Source of the DNA: Azolla caroliniana | Taxonomy: Eukaryota; Plantae; Polypodiophyta | Assembly: GCA_043228905.1 (NCBI GenBank) | Contig: JBHGNT010000013.1 | Location: 10,850,001-10,914,000 of the forward strand | Length of the DNA stretch: 64,000 nt | Direction of reading: 5' to 3' | Part shown: piece after piece, positions 26,032 to 34,173 of the stretch | How positions within the stretch are numbered: position 1 is the stretch's first letter | Layout: every line of letters starts with the position of its first letter | The notes under the pieces: model-generated | Told to the model about the DNA's origin: nothing | The model's database searches: none | What the model saw: the letters and a program-made list of their open reading frames with translations, nothing else | Program-made: the position numbers and the translations under genes

Positions 26032-26464
26032 TGTCAGGAATAGTACTAAAACAGAGATGGAATTAGTACTAAGAACAACAGTACTATTAGTACTAAGAGG
26101 ACGGGACTGCGTAAGATTCCCGAGAGAGGAAGTGAGAAGAGGAGAGAGAGAGAGAGATAGCGAGAATGAGAGAGATGATGACAGCAGCTATATATTATGT
26201 GAAAAGATAAGTACAAGCGGCTAAGAGGCTTAAGACTGGCGTTGAACCAATTTGGTTCAAAACAATGCCTTGTGCCTCCTTTTATAGTGTTTTTAGGAAT
26301 AATCTTGAAGCTTCTAGAATGTTCCAGAGAGATTTGGAATATACATCAATTTTCTATGATAAAGTATAAATGAAAATAATATCCTACAAAATACAATTCC
26401 TAATCTAATGGTAAGAGCTCGACCCATGTAGCATAAAGTCATGGGTTCGAGTCTTGCCATGACA
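26032..26464 (-). repeat. 3' LTR (433 bp)
   Basis: Direct repeat of 31270-32466, adjacent to the PPT at 26465-26477. Confidence 0.97.
26394..26460 (+). promoter_or_regulatory. tRNA-like Pol III A/B-box cassette at the U3 start of the 3' LTR
   Basis: A-box TAATCTAATGG starts at 26401. B-box GGTTCGAGTC has G53 at 26445, a spacing of 44. Confidence 0.7.
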
Positions 26465-26475
26465 CTATCGCCCCC

Positions 26476-29400
26476 TTAAAGACAACGAGTGGAACGAGTC
26501 GGCGCTAACTGCGGACCGGGTTTGTCCGGATACTTTCGGTGGAAATCAGCAAGAAGATCTTGTGCATTTGCAACATTCTCGACGGGTTCCCAAGTACGTT
26601 CGCTCGGACTATAACCGAGCCAATCGACCAAGTAATAAAGTTTGTTGCGAACAAGTTTGGAATCGAGGATGGCTGCAACTTCATACTCCGGGCCGGCGTC
26701 CAACTCCAGCGGGGGCGGCGGTGGTGTCACACGATCGGGAATGGTGTTTGCTTTATAAGGTTCAAGAAGAGAACAATGGAAAACCGGATGTATCTGAAGC
26801 TGCGGAGGGAGATCCAGGCGGAAGGTGACATCATTAATCTTCCCCGTAATACGAAAAGGACCGAGTCGTCGATAATCCAACTTGTCGCACGGTCGAGTAG
26901 TCTTGATGTGACAACGTAAGAGCCATACTCGATCTCCGATGGCAAAAGAGGAGGGAATCCGATGACGATCCGCATAAGTCTTCTGTGTGTGTTGAGCATG
27001 ACGAAGGTGAGTAGAGAGATCCATCTGGATCTTGCGTAGCCTCTCCAAATGGTCCTCGGCACGAGGGTTGGTAGGTAGCTCCGGAGTGTCGATCACCGAC
27101 CAGCGAGGATGGAAACCGGTATAAGCGAGAAATGGGGAGACCCGAGTCGAGGAGTGAATAGCATTATTATACGCAAACTCCGCAAAGTGGAGAATCTCGG
27201 CCCAATCGTCCTGTTGATAACTCAGGAAACACCGGAGATATTGCTCCAACGTTTGGTTTGTTCGTTCCGCCTGTCCGTCAGTTTGAGGATGGTAGCCGGA
27301 GGAGAGGTTGCAGGAGACCTTGAGCATCCTGAAGAGATGCTGCCAAAATTTGGAGACAAATTGCGGGCCTCGGTCACTGATAATACTGTCTGGTAGGCCA
27401 TGATGCCGAAATACCTCACGCATAACAAGAGCGGCGGTTTCCTCGCTAGTGATGGCTTTAGTACATGGCACAAAATGTGCCATCTTCGTATATCGATCGA
27501 CGACGGTTAGGATAGCATCGAACCCCTTCGAGACTGGCAGATCTGTAATAAAATCAAGACAAATAGACTGCCATGGCTTACTTGGAATTGGTAAAGGTTC
27601 CAACAAGCCATATGGATGGTGTCGTGGCATCTTTGCTCGGCAGCAAGCATCACAGGTCCGAACGTAGTCGTCAACAAAACGGCGCATGTGGGGCCACCAA
27701 AAAGATCGCTGCACTAACTCCAACGTCTTGGTACTACCGAAATGTCCCGCCGTATGGGTGTCGTGACAATGTTGGACGATTTGAAGGCGACAGGAGCAAT
27801 CGGGGACATATACGCGCTTTTTAAAGAATAACAAACCATCATGATATTCGAATTGTCGGTAGTCAATACCTGGTTGTTGAGACTGAGAACAGGATGCCCG
27901 AGAAGTATCAATGTGCGCCAGGATGTCTTGAGCAAAACTATCCGTCTTCAAGGTTGCACGTATGTCATCGGTAATCCGTGAATCCATCGGGGTGTGAAAA
28001 ATCCGCGTCGTGTGCAATCGTGTTGGTCCCAAGATTACTTGCTTTTGATTATCAAATGTTGCGTCACCAGGACGAGGTGCAAGATATGAACGCCGTGATA
28101 GTGCATCTGCTTTTCCTTGCTGCTTCCCTGGTCGATATGTGATTTCGAAGTTGAAACGCGTGAGGAATTGCGCCCACCGAGCTTGCCGTCGATTTAGTAC
28201 GTTAGCGTTCTGAAAATAAGCAAGATTTTTATGATCGCTAAAGACAATGACCTGATGTGGAGAGCCCTCTAAGAAATGCCGCCATTGTACAAATGAATCC
28301 ACGATGGCTAATAACTCCTTGTCATGTATTTCGTAGTTGATTTTTGCGACATTGAATTTGCGCGAATGGAAAGCCACCGGATGCAACTCTTCTTTATCGC
28401 CTTGTTGAGAAAGGATGCTACCGAGGGCGAAATCTGATGCGTCGGCCTCCATGATGAATGGTTTGCTTGTATCCACATGAGCTAGAATCGGTGCTGATGT
28501 AAAGGCTTTCTTAAGATGCCGAAAAGCCATATCTGCTTCGATGGACCAAAGAAATGCTTGGCCCTTCTTCGTAAGTTGTGTGAGAGGTAAAATAATCTTC
28601 GAGTAATCCTGTATAAACTTACGGTAGAAGTTAGCAAAGCCTAGAAAACATTGTACATCTCGTACCGACCGTGGAATTTGCCACTCTAGTACAGTTTGGA
28701 TTTTAGCTGGATCCATGGCGATGCCCTTTGAGGAGATGACGTAGCCTAGAAATTCCACTTGCTTGCAGTCAAAGCTACATTTCTCTAGCTTGGCATAAAG
28801 ACCATTCTCGCGGAGTCGCTTTAGTACTAATAGTACATGAGAATCGTGCTCTTCCTGGGTCTTCGAATAAATCAACAGATCATCCAGATAAATGATCAAA
28901 CAGATATCCAAGAGGTCTCTGAATATATCATTTGCCATGTGTTGGAAGACTGCGGGTGCATTGGTTAGGCCAAACGGCATAACAGTATACTCGAAATGCC
29001 CATACCGCGTGCGAAAAGCGGTCTTCCACTCATCTCCCGGTCGGATCCGCACGAGATTATACGCTCCTCGTAGGTCGATTTTAGTAAAAAACTTGGCACC
29101 ATTAACTCGCTCTAAAAGACTTGATATAAGAGGAAGTGCATACCTATTCTGGATGGTGACTTTATTCAATCCGCGGTAATCAACGACAAGACGAAGTGAG
29201 CCATCTTTCTTCTTGACAAAGAAGATGGGTGCACCGGCCGGAGATTTCGAATGACGGATGAACCCGCTTGCCAAGTTCTCCTCTATGTAGGCTCGAAGGA
29301 CTTCTAACTCGGTGGGTGACAAGTTGTAAATTGGTCCCCATGGTGGCTCGGTTCCTGGTTGTAAATCGATGGGACAGTCATAGGGACGGTGATGAGGAAG

Positions 29401-30057
29401 GGTACCGGCTTTTACCTTGTCAAATACATCGGCATAAGGATGATATTTTGCCGGAAGTTGTATTGAGGAGTCCTTCTTAATAGTGCTAGAAGGATGTACT
29501 GATATGGCAAATAGGAACATTGCCTCCTTGGGTCCTTCTTCGTGTAGTTGATGGAGTGAAATGGTCGAAACTCGGTGAGTTGATTCTTGGGGTGGTCGAT
29601 ATCGGACTTCTCTTGTTCTCCAATCTATGGCTGGATTATGTAATTCAAGCCAAGGTAATCCTAGGACAATGGGATGCTCTGGACTACTAATTATATTAAA
29701 TGATATTATACACACAAAATTACCTAGGACAACTTGAATGGGTTCTGATTCTTCTACAATATTCCCGGAAGCAATGGGACGACCATCAATGACCACTACA
29801 GATGCGGGACGAGGAAGTTTTCTTAAGGATATCTGAGAAGCTTGGGCAAAATTTCGATCCATGAAACAGGAATTAGCTCCGGAATCTAAAAGTGCTAGGA
29901 CGGGTACTGGGGGAGTACTTTTAGTACTAACAATGACTTGGGCTAGGAACACATTGCTAACTTGCTTGGAAGGAATGGAACCACTAATGGACTGTACAGA
30001 TCTAGGGCTGCTGTCCAACCAAATGGCTCCTATTTTGGCTGGACTCAATCGTTTAAC
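26476..30057 (-). CDS. pol polyprotein (PR-RT-RNaseH-INT-chromodomain), uninterrupted, about 1190 aa
   Basis: Motifs ALLDSGANSCF, IYLDD, ADASDFALG, HHCC zinc finger, SDRGPQF, TDGQAE, GPF and chromodomain YEVAAILDS..YLVDWLGY..TWEP. It lacks its own early ATG and lies in the -1 frame of gag. Confidence 0.97.
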   Translation of the reverse strand, partial: VKRLSPAKIGAIWLDSSPRSVQSISGSIPSKQVSNVFLAQVIVSTKSTPPVPVLALLDSGANSCFMDRNFAQASQISLRKLPRPASVVVIDGRPIASGNIVEESEPIQVVLGNFVCIISFNIISSPEHPIVLGLPWLELHNPAIDWRTREVRYRPPQESTHRVSTISLHQLHEEGPKEAMFLFAISVHPSSTIKKDSSIQLPAKYHPYADVFDKVKAGTLPHHRPYDCPIDLQPGTEPPWGPIYNLSPTELEVLRAYIEENLASGFIRHSKSPAGAPIFFVKKKDGSLRLVVDYRGLNKVTIQNRYALPLISSLLERVNGAKFFTKIDLRGAYNLVRIRPGDEWKTAFRTRYGHFEYTVMPFGLTNAPAVFQHMANDIFRDLLDICLIIYLDDLLIYSKTQEEHDSHVLLVLKRLRENGLYAKLEKCSFDCKQVEFLGYVISSKGIAMDPAKIQTVLEWQIPRSVRDVQCFLGFANFYRKFIQDYSKIILPLTQLTKKGQAFLWSIEADMAFRHLKKAFTSAPILAHVDTSKPFIMEADASDFALGSILSQQGDKEELHPVAFHSRKFNVAKINYEIHDKELLAIVDSFVQWRHFLEGSPHQVIVFSDHKNLAYFQNANVLNRRQARWAQFLTRFNFEITYRPGKQQGKADALSRRSYLAPRPGDATFDNQKQVILGPTRLHTTRIFHTPMDSRITDDIRATLKTDSFAQDILAHIDTSRASCSQSQQPGIDYRQFEYHDGLLFFKKRVYVPDCSCRLQIVQHCHDTHTAGHFGSTKTLELVQRSFWWPHMRRFVDDYVRTCDACCRAKMPRHHPYGLLEPLPIPSKPWQSICLDFITDLPVSKGFDAILTVVDRYTKMAHFVPCTKAITSEETAALVMREVFRHHGLPDSIISDRGPQFVSKFWQHLFRMLKVSCNLSSGYHPQTDGQAERTNQTLEQYLRCFLSYQQDDWAEILHFAEFAYNNAIHSSTRVSPFLAYTGFHPRWSVIDTPELPTNPRAEDHLERLRKIQMDLSTHLRHAQHTQKTYADRHRIPSSFAIGDRVWLLRCHIKTTRPCDKLDYRRLGPFRITGKINDVTFRLDLPPQLQIHPVFHCSLLEPYKANTIPDRVTPPPPPLELDAGPEYEVAAILDSKLVRNKLYYLVDWLGYSPSERTWEPVENVANAQDLLADFHRKYPDKPGPQLAPTRSTRCL

Positions 30058-31201
30058 TCTTCATCTAATTGACTAAGGATTTCAAATTTATTTGAGATAC
30101 TTGGGCTATTAGTACTATGAATACTATCTGACACTCTATTAGTACTATTAATACTATCAGACACTCCAAAGGGAAGAATTGACTCGGGTTTAGTACAGGC
30201 GACGATTTGATTTACCTGTCTTCTTGGCCTATGGGGACAATTGATGGCGATATGTCCTGGTCCACCGCAATAAAGACATAATCGATTGGCACGTCGTCGT
30301 TGCTTTTCTTCTTCCGATAACGGGCCGCGTCGACGCATGGTATCGATCTCCATCGGTGTCGAAGTATTTGCTTGAGGTGTGTCTCGTGCAAACGGTTTAG
30401 CCGCGACTGCGGCGTAAGTGGGCTCTGGCCTAGAGCGTAGTATCTGTAATTGACGTTCTGAACGCCGTTCAAAAAGGCGGTTGTCACATCGAACTGCTCG
30501 ACTGATTGCCTCCGTAAGAGACTTTGGTTCTTCGGGGAAAGTTAGAAGTAGATCTTTGACATCGTTTCGCAAGCCATAGCGAAACTGCTCCATTAGTGCT
30601 TGATCATCCCAGGGTATATCTGAAGCAAGTAGGCGGAAATCCGCCGCGTAGGCAGAGGCTGGACGATCGCCTTGATACAATCGCCGGATCTTGTTGATCG
30701 CCGTCCTGATGTTGTCGGTGTCTCCAAAGCAGGCTTTAAACTCACCAATAAAATCTTCAAAGTTATTAAGTAAGGGTGATTGTTTTTCTAGAAGCGGAGC
30801 AAACCATGCCAAGGCTAAGCCGCTAAGTAGCGTGCCTATTAGGCCGACTCGAGATGCATCAGTGGGAATCGGGAAGGATGCATCTGGATGACTAAGCGTA
30901 CCTGATTAAGGAATCCCCGGAATTGCGAACGCGTTCCATCAAATTTCACAGGAAGTCCAATCTTGGGCTCTTTATGAAATCCTTGGGGACTGGATCCTTG
31001 TTGTTGCAACGCTGCTTCGAGTTGTTGTACCCGTAACGCTAACTCCCCATGTTGTTGTTGCGTTTGTTGTTTTTCTAGAGCGATTTGTTGCAGATCCCCT
31101 ATCAGCCGTTGGTTTTCTTGTTCCAGGGCAACAAACTTTTCTTTTAGGCACTGTAGCTCGGAGAAAACGGATTGGTATTCTTGGGCGCTAACAATAGCCA
31201 T
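30045..31201 (-). pseudogene. gag (coiled coil, capsid, CCHC knuckle) with a 1-bp deletion near 30865
   Basis: ORFs 30839-31201 and 30045-30812 join by one frameshift (..HPSRFP/TDASRVGLIGTLL..). Motifs KFDGTRSQFRGF and CLYCGGPGHIAINC are present. Confidence 0.92.
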
Positions 31202-31255
31202 AGTATAGGGAAAAGGGTAGGAGGATGAGGGAGAGTGACAAGTAGGCTAGAGGAA

Positions 31256-31267
31256 AAATTGGTTCAA
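31256..31267 (-). promoter_or_regulatory. self-priming type primer binding site
   Basis: TTGAACCAATTT lies 2 nt after the 5' LTR, is not a TGG-type tRNA PBS, and is exactly complementary to AAATTGGTTCAA (32255-32244) about 33 nt after TATAAAA. Confidence 0.85.
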
Positions 31268-31387
31268 ACTGTCAGGAATAGTACTAAAACAGAGATGGAA
31301 TTAGTACTAAGAACAACAGTACTATTAGTACTAAGAGGACGGGACTGCGTAAGATTCCCGAGAGAGGAAGTGAGAAGAGGAGAGAGA

Positions 31388-32146
31388 AAGGTGTATTAAC
31401 GTCTTCTAAGGCCAAATTTGGCCCATGAGACAATTGGTTTACAACAATAGAGTATTTATCCAGTCATCATAACTAAAAATAAAATTAAGTAAAAAAAAAA
31501 AAATAGAACTTAAACTAAAAGAGTTCTAGTAGTGTACAATATGTAGTATACTCGAAAGTGACTATACACTAAGCCTAATTTTATTTCCACCCAAGCCTCT
31601 CGAAAAGAAGTGGGGGGTCAAAGGGTCTTGATGTGGGTTCCAATGTAGAGAGTGCCCTAGCCATGGCTTCTAGGCGGTGTAGCTCACGTTCCCTTATTTT
31701 CAATATTGCGTCCACATCACGTTGAGTTGTTTTGAAACCCGGCACCCGAGGACGTCTGGTTCTTCTCTGGTTTTCTGCCTCATCAATGGAAAGGCCGAGT
31801 GGTGCAAGTGTGTCGGCATTCGTTGTCTCCTCAGGTTCCTGAAAAACTGCATTTGTTACATGTTCGTGATCATTAGCAGCATTATTGTCAACATTTTGTA
31901 ATTTATTCTCTCTGTGTTGTTTTAGCGCTAGAATGTATTTGCCTAATTTCTTTATATCTAGAGTATCTAATAGTTTGGGGAGGGTGGGAGACGGACCAAG
32001 TATGTCTTGGTATTGTGCCCTTATCTCGGCATAGGTTGGACACTTGCAAGTAAAGTGGTACTCATCCTCTATCTCTATGTGACATAACCTACATATCCTT
32101 TCCTCCCTAGGGACTCCACTAGTACGGCCATTTTCAATCTCAAGTT
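31388..32146 (-). mobile_element. 5'-truncated LINE (RTEX-like) 3' end inserted in a (GA)n tract
   Basis: C-terminal zinc finger QLEIENGR..PREERICRLC..EDEYHFTCKCPTY, stop at 31581 and a 3' UTR. Probable TSD GGAGAGAGA. Confidence 0.88.
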
Positions 32147-32395
32147 GGAGAGAGAGAGATAGCAAGAATGAGAGAGATGATGACAGCAGCTATATATTAT
32201 GTGAAAAGATAAGTACAAGCGGCTAAGAGGCTTAAGACTGGCGTTGAACCAATTTGGTTCAAAACAATGCCTTGTGCCTCCTTTTATAGTGTTTTTAGGA
32301 ATAATCTTGAAGCTTCTAGAATGTTCCAGAGAGATCTGGAATATACATCAATTTTCTATGATAAAGTATAAATGAAAATAATATCCTACAAAATA

Positions 32396-32462
32396 CAATT
32401 CCTAATCTAATGGTAAGAGCTCGACCCATGTAGCATAAAGTCATGGGTTCGAGTCTTGCCAT
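32396..32462 (+). promoter_or_regulatory. tRNA-like Pol III A/B-box cassette in the 5' LTR, pointing outward
   Basis: Identical to 26394-26460. Confidence 0.7.
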
Positions 32463-33109
32463 GACAGTGATAAGGGTGAAGACATACTCACTCAGGTCCC
32501 TGAATGGGAATGTGTCTTCATTCCAATATTGCACTCAGGGCATTGGGTGCTTTGGTTGAAGATGCGACAGACTCCTATAGGTCTCGATGCCAAGGCGAGG
32601 AGCCCAATTGTTTTTTGTGATCCACTAAATAATCATCTGGCTACCGGCATGAAGGCATTGGGTGATTTGGCTGTATGACATATCTCTAGCGCCACACACA
32701 ACCATTGCATCATCAACAACGAGCGGTTCCAAGTATTGCATATCCCAACCCAACCTAATGGGACGGATTGTGGGTATTACGTGATGCAAACCATTCGAAT
32801 GTTGGTTGAGGAGTTCATTCAAGGATTTGAGTCCGATCAATTTGTAAGTATTTATGAGAATTGAATTTGAGCATTTGTTTTTGTAAGGGCTTAGGTGGAT
32901 GGCATCTTGTGGTGTAGGGTAAGGAGCAATGGTTTGGATTCGAAGACGTGGAGCTCCTTCGGAAAATCATGGCAAAATGGACACGAAGGACTCTGGGCAT
33001 AGGGTTATTTTAATCACTAGCATGTTGTACTTGTAACATCAAACATATGAGCTCGATGTACTATCTCATGCGGATTGCCAACTTTTTTGTAATATCAAAT
33101 CAATAGTTG

Positions 33110-33815
33110 AATCTCATTTTGGTTGTATATGACTCAATTTGATGTACATTCTGGTTGTGAGTATTATTATTTGAATCTCCTTCTAGTTGTGAGTCTTATT
33201 ATTTGAATCTCATTTTGGTTGTGAGTCTTATTATTTGAATCTCATTCTGGTTGTATATGACTCAATTTGAATCTCATTCTAGTTAGCGTGTGACTCAATT
33301 TGAATCTCATTCTAGTTAGTGTGTGACTCAATTTGAATCTCATTCTAGTTAGCGTGTGACTCAATTTGAATCTCATTCTAGTTAGTGTGTGACTCAATTT
33401 GAATCTCATTCTAGTTAGTGTGTGACTCAATGTGAATCTTATTCAAAAGCAATGTACAATAATGCAATACTAGTCAATAATGGAGAAGGTATCAAAAGCA
33501 ATGTACAATAATGCAAAACTAGTAAATGCAATACTAGTCAATAATGGAGATTGCCGACAAAGCAATGTACAATAATGCAATACTAGACAATGCAATACTA
33601 GTCAATAATGGAGAAGGTAGACAAAGCAATGTACAACAATGTTATAGGAGGAACCTGACTGATTAATGAGGAGCCCGACTGATTAATGAGGAGCCCAACT
33701 AATTAATGAGGAGCCCAACTAATTAACGAGGAGCCCGACTCGTTACAAAAGAGGAAGCCCGACTGATGAACGAGGAGCCCGACTTGTTACAAAAGAGGAA
33801 GCCCGACTCATTAAT
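33110..33815. repeat. three adjacent minisatellite blocks between the ULP1 and transposase genes
   Basis: A 33-bp unit (TGACTCAATTTGAATCTCATTCTAGTTAGYGTG) at 33250-33440, AAAGCAATGTACAATAATGCAA units at 33446-33640, and roughly 20-bp GAGGAGCCCGACT units at 33646-33815. Confidence 0.92.
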
Positions 33816-34173
33816 AGTCAATTGCCCAACTACGTGTAATGATGGCGTTTCAACGATCATACTAATGACTACAACAAATTGATTCACCAAATTCAGTAGC
33901 ATGCACTAAGAGGTAGACTCATTCACAAAGGATTGAACTCATTCCCTTCCTTAACAGTCTATTAATCACTCGCACTCATTTCATTCATCCTCATTCTTGA
34001 TCGTTCACTAATAGCCCTAAACATTCTCGAACTAATTCATTGAAGAAGAGCTGAAATAATCCACTCCATTCATGTGAATTATTTGAATTCATTCACTTCA
34101 TTCATTCACATAATCTCTCACATTCACTTCATTCACCTCAATCCCTGGGATTCTCGATCATATTGTATTTGCT

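Larger units (their letters stand above)
26032..32466 (-). mobile_element. full-length, young Ty3/gypsy chromovirus (Tcn1-like)
   Basis: LTRs TGTCA..TGACA at 26032-26464 and 31270-32466 differ by about 2 substitutions, apart from the LINE insert and GA-repeat length. TSD is GTGAT, PPT is AAGGGGGCGATAG, and the domain order is gag, PR, RT, RH, INT, chromodomain. Confidence 0.98.
31270..32466 (-). repeat. 5' LTR interrupted by a LINE fragment
   Basis: Matches 26032-26464 in two pieces, 31270-31387 and 32147-32466. Confidence 0.97.
25834..33002 (+). pseudogene. MULE-borne ULP1-like SUMO protease (peptidase C48) domain, split by the gypsy insertion
   Basis: Removing 26032-32466 and one TSD copy restores ..HIVDPLWVQLEGQSDKGEDIL..CVFIPILHSGHWVLW..FCDPL..PTQPNGTDCGYYVM, which has the H-D-Q-C catalytic set. 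One TGA lies near 32676 and a GT-AG intron at about 32844-32918. Further probable exons lie upstream at about 24750-25750. Confidence 0.85.

Noticed and set aside
26394-26460. Functional tRNA genes at the five A/B-box sites
   Set aside because: No acceptor or anticodon stem can be formed; only the promoter boxes and a partial T-arm remain.
33242-33430. Repetitive peptide ORF (SHTLTRMRFKL)n
   Set aside because: It is a by-product of the 33-bp minisatellite.
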